From positions 608 to 64,607 of the forward strand of contig CAKRZX010000013.1 of assembly GCA_934434555.1 (NCBI GenBank): 64,000 nucleotides of DNA. The letters are read 5' to 3'. This document shows positions 42,228 through 52,534 of this stretch, piece after piece. The stretch's first letter is position 1. Each line of letters begins with the position of its first letter. Both the position numbers and the translations under genes were made by a program. The notes beneath the pieces are model-generated. The model searched no databases, was not told where the DNA came from, and saw nothing but the letters and a program-made list of their open reading frames with translations. Origin of the DNA: an uncultured Clostridia bacterium. Its GTDB lineage: Bacteria; Bacillota; Clostridia; Christensenellales; QALW01.

Positions 42228-43082
42228 ATGAAAATTTCGGAAAAAGTAATGAAGGTGCTTTTGGCACTGTGCGGATTCACCGCGGTTGCTTTCCTTATAG
42301 TGATAACCTGTTTCCTTGTGGTGTCGGGTCTGCCCGCAATAAAGGAAATCGGATTAAAAGAGTTTTTATTGGGTACGTCGTGGAAATCCACGGCGTCAAG
42401 CCCGTCCTACGGGATTCTGCCCTTTATCCTTACCTCCCTTTACGGCACTCTGGGCGCAATAATCATCGGTGTGCCCTTGGGGATTATGTGCAGTATCTTT
42501 ATTTCCAAAATGGCGCCCGACCCGGTAAAAAAGGCGGTAAGCACGGCAGTTGATTTGCTTTCGGGCATACCCTCGGTGGTGTTCGGTCTTTTGGGTATGA
42601 TAATAATCGTGCCCACGGTGCGCAAGGTGTTCTCACTTCCCGACGGCGCGAATCTGTTTTCGGCAATAATCGTACTTGCAATAATGATTCTGCCGTCGGT
42701 AATATCCGTTTCGTCAACGGCTATCACGGCGGTTCCGAAAGAATATGAAGAGGCGTCCCTTGCCCTTGGCGCAACAAAAACCGAAACGGTGTTCAAAGTT
42801 ACCGTTCCGGCGGCAAAAAGCGGAATAATAACCGCCGTTGTTTTGGGCATAGGCAGAAGCATAGGCGAGGCTATGGCGATTATGATGGTTGCGGGCAACG
42901 TGGCAAATATGCCGGGACTGTTCAAAAGCGTAAGATTTTTGACAACAGCCGTTGCAAGCGAAATGTCCTATTCGTCGGGACTTCAACGGCGGGCGTTGTT
43001 TTCAATCGCACTTGTACTGTTTGTGTTCATTCTTATCATAAATCTGATTCTTAATTTTGTTGTTAAGAGGGAGAAGAAGTGA
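42228..43082 (+). CDS. pstC: Phosphate ABC transporter permease PstC
   Basis: Six-TM permease with an EAS.ALGA-type loop (EEASLALGATKTE). Confidence 0.9.
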   Translation: MKISEKVMKVLLALCGFTAVAFLIVITCFLVVSGLPAIKEIGLKEFLLGTSWKSTASSPSYGILPFILTSLYGTLGAIIIGVPLGIMCSIFISKMAPDPVKKAVSTAVDLLSGIPSVVFGLLGMIIIVPTVRKVFSLPDGANLFSAIIVLAIMILPSVISVSSTAITAVPKEYEEASLALGATKTETVFKVTVPAAKSGIITAVVLGIGRSIGEAMAIMMVAGNVANMPGLFKSVRFLTTAVASEMSYSSGLQRRALFSIALVLFVFILIINLILNFVVKREKK

Positions 43083-43086
43083 GGGT

Positions 43087-43956
43087 ATGGAAAAAATATC
43101 TTTTAGGCGAAAACTCCGCTGCGGAATACTTAATGCAATAATGCTCATGTGTGCATTGATTATCTGCCTTATGCTTGCGGGCATGGTGGGATATATACTT
43201 TCCCGCGGTGTAAAGGGGATAACGTGGGAGTTTTTAAGCACAAAACCGAGCCTTTTGCGCGGCACAAACGGAATACTGCCCAACATTCTCAACACCCTGT
43301 ATATAATTCTTATGACGCTTATAATCGTTCTGCCTTTGGGCGTGGGCGCGGCGGTGTATCTTAACGAATACGCAAAAAATAAAAAAGCAGTTAAGATAAT
43401 AGAACTTGCCGCCGAAACGCTTGCGGGCATACCGTCAATAATCTACGGCCTTGTGGGAATGCTCATTTTCGTGCAGTTCTTTTCACTTAACACAAGTCTG
43501 CTTGCGGGCGCGCTTACGCTTGTAATAATGACGCTGCCCACCGTAATGAGAACTACGCAGGAGAGCCTTAAAACCGTGCCGCAGGGCTACCGTGAGGGGG
43601 CACTTGCTCTCGGTGCGGGAAAGTGGCACTGTGTGCGCACGGTTGTGCTGCCCTCGGCGGTTGACGGCATAATTACCGGATGCATACTTGCAGTGGGCAG
43701 AATAGTGGGCGAAAGCGCGGCACTGCTTTTTACTGCGGGCATGGCGGACGAAATTTTTTCGCTTATTGAGGCGGTAAAACCGGGCAATGCGGGTTCAACC
43801 CTTACGGTTGCACTGTACACATACGCAAAGGAACGGGGCGAATTCGATATTGCGTTTTCAATAGCGGTAATATTGCTTGTGCTTACGTTTGCGGTAAACA
43901 TCAGCGCAAAGTTAATAGGAAAGCGGCTTAAAAAAGCAAGTGGAGATAAAAAATGA
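43087..43956 (+). CDS. pstA: Phosphate ABC transporter permease PstA
   Basis: [12 protein letters not shown] loop. The ATG at 43087 follows GAGGG. Confidence 0.9.
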   Translation: MEKISFRRKLRCGILNAIMLMCALIICLMLAGMVGYILSRGVKGITWEFLSTKPSLLRGTNGILPNILNTLYIILMTLIIVLPLGVGAAVYLNEYAKNKKAVKIIELAAETLAGIPSIIYGLVGMLIFVQFFSLNTSLLAGALTLVIMTLPTVMRTTQESLKTVPQGYREGALALGAGKWHCVRTVVLPSAVDGIITGCILAVGRIVGESAALLFTAGMADEIFSLIEAVKPGNAGSTLTVALYTYAKERGEFDIAFSIAVILLVLTFAVNISAKLIGKRLKKASGDKK

Positions 43957-44702
43957 GTGAAGTTATTAAAGTAAACAATCTGAATCTGTATTACGGGCAG
44001 AATCACGCGTTAAAGGATATAAATATCGGAATAGAAAAAAATCAGATAACGGCACTGATAGGCCCGTCCGGATGCGGAAAAAGTACGTTTCTTAAATGCC
44101 TTAACAGAATGAATGATTTGGTGGAGGGGTGCCGCACCGAGGGCGAAATCCTTATTAACGGCGAAAATATCCGTACAGAGGACGTGAATATGCTCCGCAA
44201 AAATGTGGGTATGGTGTTCCAAAAACCTAATCCGTTTCCTATGAGCATATACGATAATGTCGCCTACGGTCCGCGCATTCACGGGATAAAATCAAGAGTA
44301 AAACTTGACGAGATAGTGGAGCGCGCATTAAAGGGAGCGGCACTGTGGAACGAATGCCGCGACAGGCTTAAAAAAAGCGCACTGGGGCTTTCGGGCGGGC
44401 AGCAGCAAAGGCTGTGCATAGCCCGTGCAACAGCGGTTGAACCGGAAATCCTTTTAATGGATGAACCCACAAGCGCTCTTGACCCGATTTCAACATCGAA
44501 AATCGAGGATCTGGCGGTTGAATTAAAGGAAAAATATACGATAGTAATAGTTACGCACAATATGCAGCAGGCGGCACGTATTGCCGATAAAACGGCGTTC
44601 TTCCTTTTGGGCGAACTTGTGGAATTTGACAGCACTGAAAAGATGTTCTCTTCGCCGAAAGATAAGAGAACGGAAGATTATATTACCGGGAGGTTCGGAT
44701 AA
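43953..44702 (+). CDS. pstB: Phosphate ABC transporter ATP-binding protein PstB
   Basis: [23 protein letters not shown] and [12 protein letters not shown] are present, with a PstB-typical C-terminus ..YITGRFG. Confidence 0.95.
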   Translation: MSEVIKVNNLNLYYGQNHALKDINIGIEKNQITALIGPSGCGKSTFLKCLNRMNDLVEGCRTEGEILINGENIRTEDVNMLRKNVGMVFQKPNPFPMSIYDNVAYGPRIHGIKSRVKLDEIVERALKGAALWNECRDRLKKSALGLSGGQQQRLCIARATAVEPEILLMDEPTSALDPISTSKIEDLAVELKEKYTIVIVTHNMQQAARIADKTAFFLLGELVEFDSTEKMFSSPKDKRTEDYITGRFG

Positions 44703-45347
44703 ATGCGGTACAGGTTTGATGAACAGCTTACCCTTCTTAACAATGAACTTATCTTGATGGGCGCAATGTGCGAGGAAGCAATTGATGCCTGCATAAAATA
44801 TCTTATTTGCGGCGACGTTTCAATGAAAGAGGCGGCGATTGAGGACGAAAAACTTATTGACCGCAAGGAACAGGAAATAGAAAATATCTGTATGCGCCTG
44901 CTTACGTTGCAGCAGCCCGTTGCGGGAGATTTGCGCACGGTTTCTTCGGCGCTAAAAATGATTTCGGATATGGAGCGAATCGGTGACCAGGCGTCGGATA
45001 TTGCGGAAATTGCCGAATATGCCCAAAAGGGCGATTTGGGCAAGACTCACATTGCGGATATGGCTCAGGCAACAAAAAGAATGGTTACCGAAAGCGTTGA
45101 TTCCTTTGTAAAAAAGGATATGGAAAAAGCGCAGGACGTTATAAAGAGCGACGACATTGTTGACGACCTGTTTATAAAGGTAAAACAGGAACTTATAAAG
45201 GCGATACAGAATAATGACGGTGATGCCGAGGCGCTTGTGGATATGCTTATGATTGCAAAGTATTTTGAGCGCATAGGCGACCATGCGGTAAATGTTGCCG
45301 AGTGGGTAATTTATTCCCTTACGGGAATCCATGCAGAAAGTAATTGA
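44703..45347 (+). CDS. phoU: Phosphate signalling regulator PhoU
   Basis: Two PhoU repeats with E.IGD.A..IAE / ERIGDHAVNVAE motifs. Confidence 0.9.
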   Translation: MRYRFDEQLTLLNNELILMGAMCEEAIDACIKYLICGDVSMKEAAIEDEKLIDRKEQEIENICMRLLTLQQPVAGDLRTVSSALKMISDMERIGDQASDIAEIAEYAQKGDLGKTHIADMAQATKRMVTESVDSFVKKDMEKAQDVIKSDDIVDDLFIKVKQELIKAIQNNDGDAEALVDMLMIAKYFERIGDHAVNVAEWVIYSLTGIHAESN

Positions 45348-45366
45348 AAAAAGCGCGGGAGCAGTG

Positions 45367-45755
45367 TATAATGTATGCAGACGAAAATGCTGAACGCATT
45401 TTCAAAAAGCCATACGGCTTTTACGGCTTGCAGCCGCATCTGCCATTGAAATCGGTCGCAAAAATGCCCTTGCAAGCAAGCATTTTTGCTCGGATTATAA
45501 TGTATGCAGACGAAAATGCTGAACGCATTTTCAAAAAAGCCATACGGCTTTTACGGCTTGCAGCCGCATCTGCCATTGAAATCGGTCGCAAAAATGCCCT
45601 TGCAAGCAAGCATTTTTGCTCGGATTATAATGTATGCAGACGAAAATGCTGAACGCATTTTCAAAAAAGCCATACGGCTTTTACGGCTTGCAGCCGCATC
45701 TGCCATTGAAATCGGTCGCAAAAATGCCCTTGCAAGCGAGCATTTTTGCTCGGAT
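45367..45755 (+). repeat. Three tandem copies of a 129/130-bp structured repeat
   Basis: Units start at 45367, 45496 and 45626 and are near identical. Each contains hairpins GAAAATGC-N5-GCATTTTC and GCAAAAATGC-N12-GCATTTTTGC. A degenerate fourth start follows. Confidence 0.9.
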
Positions 45756-45811
45756 TGTATTGTACGAAAACATATGTGCGGTTTCAAAAAACGTTTGTGG
45801 AGGAAAAAGCA

Positions 45812-46477
45812 ATGATTTATGTAGTTGAAGACGACGCAAATATACGCAAACTTGTTTGTTACAGCCTTAAACGCGAGGGCTTTGAGGCGGAAGGCTTTTA
45901 TGCGCCGAGCGAACTTTTTGCCGCACTGAAAAATAAAATACCGTCCCTTATATTACTGGATATAATGCTTCCCGAAACCGACGGCATAACCGTGCTTGAA
46001 ATGCTTAAAAAGAACAGCGATTATGCGGATATTCCCGTAATAATGCTTACCGCAAAGGGCAGTGAATTTGATAAGGTTACCGGGCTTGACGCGGGGGCGG
46101 ACGATTATATAGTAAAGCCTTTCGGAATACCGGAGCTCATTTCGCGGATAAACGCGGTTTTAAGGCGGTATGAGAAAACAAAGAACACAGCCGTTTTCGA
46201 CGTGGGCGAACTTCACGCTGATATGAACAGGCACGAGGTAAAGGTTTCGGGAAAAGAAATTGAACTTTCGTTTAAGGAATTTGAACTTCTGCGGGTTTTG
46301 CTTGAAGCAAAGGGAAGCGTGGTAAAGCGGGATACTTTGCTTAACAGGGTGTGGGGAGAATTTTATGAGGAATCCCGCACGCTTGACGTACATATACGCA
46401 AACTGCGCGTAAAACTGGGCGCGGCGGGAGAGTATATTCAAACGGTAAAAAATGTGGGATATAAATTGGAGCAGTAA
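45812..46477 (+). CDS. OmpR/PhoB-type response regulator
   Basis: Receiver domain (ILLDIMLPETDG) plus a winged-helix C-terminus (LDVHIRKLRVKL). It is adjacent to pst-phoU. Confidence 0.9.
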   Translation: MIYVVEDDANIRKLVCYSLKREGFEAEGFYAPSELFAALKNKIPSLILLDIMLPETDGITVLEMLKKNSDYADIPVIMLTAKGSEFDKVTGLDAGADDYIVKPFGIPELISRINAVLRRYEKTKNTAVFDVGELHADMNRHEVKVSGKEIELSFKEFELLRVLLEAKGSVVKRDTLLNRVWGEFYEESRTLDVHIRKLRVKLGAAGEYIQTVKNVGYKLEQ

Positions 46478-48124
46478 ATGAATAAAAAGATTTTCAGGCT
46501 TAATTTTCTTGTTTCGGTTATAGTGCTTGCAATAACGTTTACTATGGTTTTCGGTGCGCTGTTCTATTATTTTGAGGGACAGATTTTCTCCGAACTCGAA
46601 AGCGAAACGGAATACGTTTCCGCGGCGATAAAAAATGAGGGCGCGGACTATATAAAGGGCTTTTCCGATTCTTCAAGGCGGATAACGCTTATTGACAAAA
46701 ACGGTGCGGTTATTGCCGACAGTGCTGCCGATGCAGACAGTATGGGCGACCATTCAGACCGGCAGGAAATAGTCGATGCACAAAAATTCGGAAGCGGCAA
46801 AAGCAGCAGGTATTCTGCAACTTTAATGCAAAAGACGCTTTATTATGCCGTAAAACTTGATGACGGAAGTGTTTTGCGCCTTTCAACGGTACAAAATTCT
46901 GTTTTCGCGGTGCTTTCGGGGCTTATCCAGCCCTTTGTGGCGATACTTGCCATAGCACTTATAGTGTCTTTGGTGCTTTCAAAACGGGCATCAAAAGCGA
47001 TAATCGACCCGATAAACCGTCTTGATCTGGATAATCCGGAAAAGAACGTTGCCTATGAAGAACTGACGCCGCTTTTAAGAAGAATTCACGAACAAAAGGA
47101 AACAATATCGCGCCAGATTGAAGAGGCGGGGCGCAGGCAGGCGGAGTTTTCGCTGATAATAGAAAATATGCAGGAAGGTCTGCTTATTACAGACAGGCAC
47201 GCAAATCTTCTTATGCTTAACTCTTCGGCAAAGAAACTGCTGGGCGCGAAAAACGAAAAGAGCGTTTTTGAACTTAACAGAACGAAAGAATTTACCGATG
47301 CGGTTCTTTCGGCACTTAACGGCGAAAAACGGGAGAATGAAACAGAAATAAAGGGCAGAAATTATCAACTGCTTGTAACGCCCGTAAAGGACGGGGACGC
47401 TGTGGCGGGCGCTGTGGCGCTTATCATTGACGACACCGAACGCATTCAAAGGGAAACGCTCAGGCGGGAGTTTACGTCAAATGTTTCCCACGAGCTCAAA
47501 ACGCCCCTTACTTCGATTCTCGGCTTTGCCGAAATCCTGAAAGCGGGAGGAACTCCCGACGACACGGTAAAGGACTTTGCAAATTCGATTTTTGACGAGG
47601 CAAAACGCCTTGTAAGCCTTGTAAGCGATATTATAAAAATATCAGAACTTGACGAAAACGCGGTTAAGTTTGACGATGAAAAAGTTGATTTGTTTGCCCT
47701 GTGCGAGGATGTGCGGGCGCGGCTTGAACCGATTGCAAAAAAGAATAACATAACCCTTACGTTAACGGGTACTCACGCGTTTATTCCGGGTTCCGCAACG
47801 GTTTTAAGCGAGATGATTTACAACCTTGCCGATAACGGCATAAAGTACAATAAGGACGGCGGAAAAGTAAATATAGACGTTGCCGATTCGGGCGAAAAAG
47901 TGCTGCTGACGGTTTCGGATACGGGTATAGGAATTCCAGCATCGGAACAGGCAAGAGTGTTTGAAAGATTCTACCGTGTTGATAAAAGCCGCTCAAAGGA
48001 AGCAGGCGGCACGGGACTGGGGCTTTCCATAGTAAAGCACGGGGCGCAGTTCCACAATGCTCAAATCAGCCTTGAAAGCGCTCCCGGCAGCGGTACGTCG
48101 GTAGAAATAAAATTCAATAAATGA
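46478..48124 (+). CDS. Sensor histidine kinase (PhoR-like)
   Basis: Two TM helices, H-box FTSNVSHELKTPLT, and N/G boxes (NGIKYN, DTGIGI, GGTGLGLSI). Confidence 0.85.
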   Translation: MNKKIFRLNFLVSVIVLAITFTMVFGALFYYFEGQIFSELESETEYVSAAIKNEGADYIKGFSDSSRRITLIDKNGAVIADSAADADSMGDHSDRQEIVDAQKFGSGKSSRYSATLMQKTLYYAVKLDDGSVLRLSTVQNSVFAVLSGLIQPFVAILAIALIVSLVLSKRASKAIIDPINRLDLDNPEKNVAYEELTPLLRRIHEQKETISRQIEEAGRRQAEFSLIIENMQEGLLITDRHANLLMLNSSAKKLLGAKNEKSVFELNRTKEFTDAVLSALNGEKRENETEIKGRNYQLLVTPVKDGDAVAGAVALIIDDTERIQRETLRREFTSNVSHELKTPLTSILGFAEILKAGGTPDDTVKDFANSIFDEAKRLVSLVSDIIKISELDENAVKFDDEKVDLFALCEDVRARLEPIAKKNNITLTLTGTHAFIPGSATVLSEMIYNLADNGIKYNKDGGKVNIDVADSGEKVLLTVSDTGIGIPASEQARVFERFYRVDKSRSKEAGGTGLGLSIVKHGAQFHNAQISLESAPGSGTSVEIKFNK

Positions 48125-48208
48125 ACCGAGAATTTATCTGCCGCTTTTCCTTGACACCGCCTTTTGTAGGGAATATAATATCCGTAAAGATATTTTTTTA
48201 AGGCGATT

Positions 48209-48784
48209 ATGACAAAGGTTTATTTCGGCAAAATCCGCGAGGAAAGCGAAGAAAGAATAAAAAACGAACAGCGCAGGCAGGAAATTGAAAAATTTACCTG
48301 CCGCGAGGGAAAAATCGAGCGCATTTTTGTGTGGCTCCTGCTTGAATATGCCGTAAAGGATACTTTCGGTGTTGAGTTGGAAAGCCTGAACCCGCGAAAA
48401 AACGAAAACGGAAAATGGGAATGCGACAAAATATATTTTTCCCTTTCGCACAGTCACGGCGGGGCGGCGGTTGCGCTGTCGGACGGGCCTGTCGGCGTTG
48501 ATATTGAAAAAATGCCCGTGAAAAATGCGGAAAAGCTTGTCCGAGCCCTTACAAAAAGCGAAAGAATATATTTTGAAAATGCCGAAAACAAAGACCTTGC
48601 GTTTGCATCGCTTTGGACAAAAAAAGAGTGCATTTACAAAAAGAGCGGCACAGGCGCGTTTTCGCCGGAACACATAAGCGCAAACGGCGAAGAAACCCAA
48701 ACGGGAACGGTGAATATAGATAATTCCGCGTTCTGCCTGAGCGTAACGGGCAAAAACGCGGAATATAAGGAAGTCACGGTTTGA
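48209..48784 (+). CDS. 4'-phosphopantetheinyl transferase (Sfp-type)
   Basis: SLSHSHG, GVDIEKM and WTKKECIYK motifs. Confidence 0.75.
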   Translation: MTKVYFGKIREESEERIKNEQRRQEIEKFTCREGKIERIFVWLLLEYAVKDTFGVELESLNPRKNENGKWECDKIYFSLSHSHGGAAVALSDGPVGVDIEKMPVKNAEKLVRALTKSERIYFENAENKDLAFASLWTKKECIYKKSGTGAFSPEHISANGEETQTGTVNIDNSAFCLSVTGKNAEYKEVTV

Positions 48785-49601
48785 TTTTTCCGGGCGGAAA
48801 TCCGTAAAAGTTCTTGTACGCCCGCGAAAACGGGTGAATTGAAGTATATCCGAGAGTTTCCGCCACTTCCGTAACGGACGAGCCGCTTTTAAGCATTTCG
48901 GATGCCTTTTCCATACGGCAGCGGTGAAAATATGCGTGCAGCGTTTCGCCCATTACATGCGTAAATTCTCTTGAAAGTATGCCGTAACTGTAATTAAAGT
49001 TGCGCTCTAATTTGGAAAGAGCATCAATTTCGCAGATATGGGTCTGTATATATGCGGCGATGCGGTAAACTGTTGACGCGCCGGTTCCGCCGGGCAGCTT
49101 GGGCAGGTTTTCCGCGCAAAGCAGCCTTGCGGCAGAGAATATAAACTGCGCAATAAAAGTACCTATCATTGCGTTGCAGTAGGCGTTTGCCGCCCAGCTT
49201 TCTTCAATAATGCTCTTTACATATTTTTCGCCTTCGGCAAATAAAAATGCCGAACGGTTCTTTTTAAGACTCTCTATCGCGGCGGATATTTCTTTGTTTT
49301 CGGTTGTAAAGCCGATAAAATAAAAGTGCAGAGGGTCTTTTTTATCGCTTTTTATGCTGTGAATTTCATTAAGTCCGGAAATAAAACATTTGCCTGCTGA
49401 AATTTCGTAATCGGTTCCGTTTTCACTTATGATTCCTTTCCCCGAATAAACAAAAGTGATTTCATCGCATATCTGAATATGCGGCTTTATAAGAGTATTT
49501 TCGTTTCCGGAAAGCTCACCTAATTGGTAAAGTAAAAACTGCCCGCACGGTATCGGCGAGAAAAAGAACGACTTGTCATAATGAAATTTGCTGTCGGTCA
49601 T
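48774..49601 (-). CDS. AraC family transcriptional regulator (cupin plus HTH)
   Basis: C-terminal SVTEVAETLGYTSIHPFSRAYKNFYGFPP. Confidence 0.8.
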   Translation of the reverse strand: MTDSKFHYDKSFFFSPIPCGQFLLYQLGELSGNENTLIKPHIQICDEITFVYSGKGIISENGTDYEISAGKCFISGLNEIHSIKSDKKDPLHFYFIGFTTENKEISAAIESLKKNRSAFLFAEGEKYVKSIIEESWAANAYCNAMIGTFIAQFIFSAARLLCAENLPKLPGGTGASTVYRIAAYIQTHICEIDALSKLERNFNYSYGILSREFTHVMGETLHAYFHRCRMEKASEMLKSGSSVTEVAETLGYTSIHPFSRAYKNFYGFPPGKIKP

Positions 49602-49740
49602 ATTTTAACAACCCTTTATCAATTTTTTATAACAAAGTATATATTAGCACATAAAATGATAAATTACAAGCGCTTTTTGTTAAAGACATCTGCCCTTTGA
49701 AAGTGATATGATTGTGTTGAAAACAAGGAGGTAATAAAAA

Positions 49741-50790
49741 ATGGAAAAAACAGTAGTTGCGGTTGTCGGATGCGGAAGAATATCGGAAGCGGCGCATTTT
49801 CCGGCATTAAGCAAAATGGAAAACGTGCGCATTAAATATGCCTGTGACCTTATAGCGGAAAGAGCGGAGGATAAAAAGGTGCGTTTTGGGGCAGAAAACG
49901 CAATAGAAGATTATCATATTGCTCTTGATGACCCTGAGGTTGAAGTTGTTTATGTTTTAACACAGAACTTTGCCCACTATACCGTTACGATGGACGCGCT
50001 TAAAGCGGGCAAACACGTTTTTTGCGAAAAACCGATTACGGTAAATTATGAGCTTGCCAACGAGATGTTTCAGCAGGCAAAAGAAAGCGGAAAACTGCTT
50101 AATATAGGCGTTTGCAACAGGTACCATAAATCTGTTGTGGAAATTGCGCAAAAGGTTAAAAACGGAGAACTGGGCGATATTTATCACATATACTGCTCGT
50201 TCCGTTCACATCGCTGCATACCGGGGCTTGGCGGAGAGTTTACAACCAAGGCATCTTCCGGCGGCGGCGTGCTTATTGACTGGGGAATCCATTTCCTTGA
50301 TTTGATTCTTTACGTTATCCGCGGAGCAAAAATTAAAACCGTAAGTGCAGATACTTACGCAAAAATGGCACCTACTATTGATGCGTATAAATATACCGGT
50401 ATGTGGGCAGGACCTCCGATTGAAAACGGAACCAACGATGTTGAAGATTATGTTACCGGTTACGTGCGTACGGATAAATGCTCAATTTCCTTTAACGGTG
50501 CATGGGCTGAAAATATCGGCGACGGCGGAATGTTTATTGACTTTTTGGGCGATAAAGCGGGAATAAGGCTTCAATACGGCGGGCAGTATACCGAGTTTGA
50601 CAATGACCTTAATGTAACGGAATCGTCAGGCGATATTCCCAATATGTATGAAGCGGAAGATGTTGCTTTTATCAACGCCTGCAAAACGGGTGAGCATACA
50701 AGAAGTTATATTGAAAATATTCTCGAAAGCCAGCGCTTGTTGCAGGCGATCTACGATTCGGCAGAGGCGAAAAAAGAAATCGTTCTGTAA
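49741..50790 (+). CDS. Gfo/Idh/MocA family oxidoreductase
   Basis: VAVVGCGRISEAAHFP Rossmann motif and EKPIT motif. Confidence 0.85.
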   Translation: MEKTVVAVVGCGRISEAAHFPALSKMENVRIKYACDLIAERAEDKKVRFGAENAIEDYHIALDDPEVEVVYVLTQNFAHYTVTMDALKAGKHVFCEKPITVNYELANEMFQQAKESGKLLNIGVCNRYHKSVVEIAQKVKNGELGDIYHIYCSFRSHRCIPGLGGEFTTKASSGGGVLIDWGIHFLDLILYVIRGAKIKTVSADTYAKMAPTIDAYKYTGMWAGPPIENGTNDVEDYVTGYVRTDKCSISFNGAWAENIGDGGMFIDFLGDKAGIRLQYGGQYTEFDNDLNVTESSGDIPNMYEAEDVAFINACKTGEHTRSYIENILESQRLLQAIYDSAEAKKEIVL

Positions 50791-50993
50791 TTTTAATATG
50801 CCAAAAACCGACCGAACGTTTTGAAATGGGGGTAGCGTTTTGTGGGTTTTAATAAGGCGGAAACTCAAACCTGATTCAGGAGGCTTGCGTTTCTGCCGGG
50901 GGGATTGCGCATGTTGATGGGGCTGCGCTTTCCCTATCTTGCACGTTTTTAGTGTCAAAAGGAAAAGACCGCTATGGGGGTAGCGGTCTTTTT

Positions 50994-51680
50994 CTATTCG
51001 GTTATTATTCCGTCAACGTCCTTTTCGGTACAGAGAATATACGGCGAACGTTTGCCGAATTTTTCGCTGTCGCAAAGAAAATATTTCCGCGCTGACTGGG
51101 CAAGTAATGCGCGGCGCATATGAGTTTCGGATTCGCTGTAATCGGAAATAATACCGTCGCAAAAGCCGCTGTCGGAAAAGAAAAATGCGTCAAAGTAAAT
51201 ACTTTCTATCATTTTTATTGCGTATTCGCCGGTAAAAACTTTTGAAACTTTATCGTATCTGCCGCCAAGGCAATACACGTTTATTCCGTGCACGGCAAGT
51301 ATTGCGCACAGTTCGGCGGCATACGTATAAACGGTAAGCCCCTTTTTTGCCGAAAGATATTGCCCCATGTGCAGACAGGTGGAGGACCCGTCAATAAATA
51401 CGGTTTCATTATCATAAATAAATTCCGCCGCTTTTCTTGCAATGGCGTCCTTTGCTTTGTGATTTTTTTGAAGTCTAAGTTCAATGGGGGTGTTAATATT
51501 GTCTTTTCTTATTTCCGCACCGCCGTAACTGCGCTTTATAAGCCCCATATTTTCAAGTTCGGTCAACTGCCGCCGCACGGTGGATTCACTTGTAAAGGTC
51601 ACTTTTGCAAGATATTTTACCGTGGCAAAGCCGTTTTCTTCAATAAGGCGTATGAGCCCGTCAATTTGCTCTTCTTTCAT
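50994..51680 (-). CDS. DeoR/GlpR family transcriptional regulator
   Basis: N-terminal HTH (ATVKYLAKVTFTSESTVRRQLTELE) and a C-terminal sugar-phosphate sensor domain. The ATG at 51680 is preferred over the listed TTG. Confidence 0.8.
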   Translation of the reverse strand: MKEEQIDGLIRLIEENGFATVKYLAKVTFTSESTVRRQLTELENMGLIKRSYGGAEIRKDNINTPIELRLQKNHKAKDAIARKAAEFIYDNETVFIDGSSTCLHMGQYLSAKKGLTVYTYAAELCAILAVHGINVYCLGGRYDKVSKVFTGEYAIKMIESIYFDAFFFSDSGFCDGIISDYSESETHMRRALLAQSARKYFLCDSEKFGKRSPYILCTEKDVDGIITE

Positions 51681-51826
51681 ACTGCACCTGCTCAATCAAT
51701 CAAAATTTTGTGCCGATATGCGCGTTTTAAGGCTTGTATATGAAAATAAACCGTGTTTAGCGCCGCATATTGCGTAAACGGTCAAATTCTGCTATAATAA
51801 TACCACAAATCTTTTAAGAGGTCAAT

Positions 51827-52534
51827 ATGATAAAACTTTTTGCTTTTGATTTGGACGGCACGCTTACACAGCATAAAACACCACTTGAAGAATCCGCAAG
51901 GGAAACACTTGCGGCACTGGGGCAAAACGCGCGCCTTTGTATGGTGGGTGCGGGAATGTGCCGACGGGTTTTTGAACAGATGAATCATTTTCCCATTGAT
52001 ATTATCGGCAATTACGGAATGCAGGTTGCACGCGTCAGGGACGGCGTTCTTGAAACGGTTGCCGATTATTCCGTTCCCGTTGACAGAGAATCAATAGAAA
52101 AGCGGGTTACTTTTCTTCGGGAAAAATTCGGCTATTGCGATTTTAAAGGCGAAAACGTTGAATATCACACCTCCGGGTGTATAACCATTCCGCTTTTGGG
52201 CACAGCCGCAGAGCAGAAAGATAAACTTCTTTTTGACCCGACAAGGGAAAAACGGCGCAGAATATACGGTTTTGTAAAGGAATTGTTCCCCGATTACACG
52301 GTTTTTGTAGGGGGAACGTCGTCGTTTGATATGGCACCCAAACCCTTTAATAAGTACTATGCCCTTGATAAATACTGTGCGGAAAAAGGAATCAGCCACA
52401 GCGAAACCGTCTACGCGGGTGACGATTACGGACCCGGCGGCAACGATGAATCGGTATTCTTATCCGATTTCAATTTTGTGAAAATTGACGATTACCGCGA
52501 CTTTCCCGAAAAAATGAAGGAGTATATAAAATGA
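51827..52534 (+). CDS. HAD family hydrolase (Cof/IIB-like)
   Basis: FAFDLDGTL motif I and a GDDYGPGGND distal motif. Confidence 0.7.
   Translation: MIKLFAFDLDGTLTQHKTPLEESARETLAALGQNARLCMVGAGMCRRVFEQMNHFPIDIIGNYGMQVARVRDGVLETVADYSVPVDRESIEKRVTFLREKFGYCDFKGENVEYHTSGCITIPLLGTAAEQKDKLLFDPTREKRRRIYGFVKELFPDYTVFVGGTSSFDMAPKPFNKYYALDKYCAEKGISHSETVYAGDDYGPGGNDESVFLSDFNFVKIDDYRDFPEKMKEYIK

Noticed and set aside
45344-45828. Possible CRISPR array or repeat-protein genes (ORFs 45344-45652, 45504-45815, 45634-45828 and the minus-strand ORFs).
   Set aside because: The units are about 130 bp and directly abut one another with no unique spacers, and no cas genes are present. The ORFs only re-read the same repeat in shifting frames and lack RBSs.
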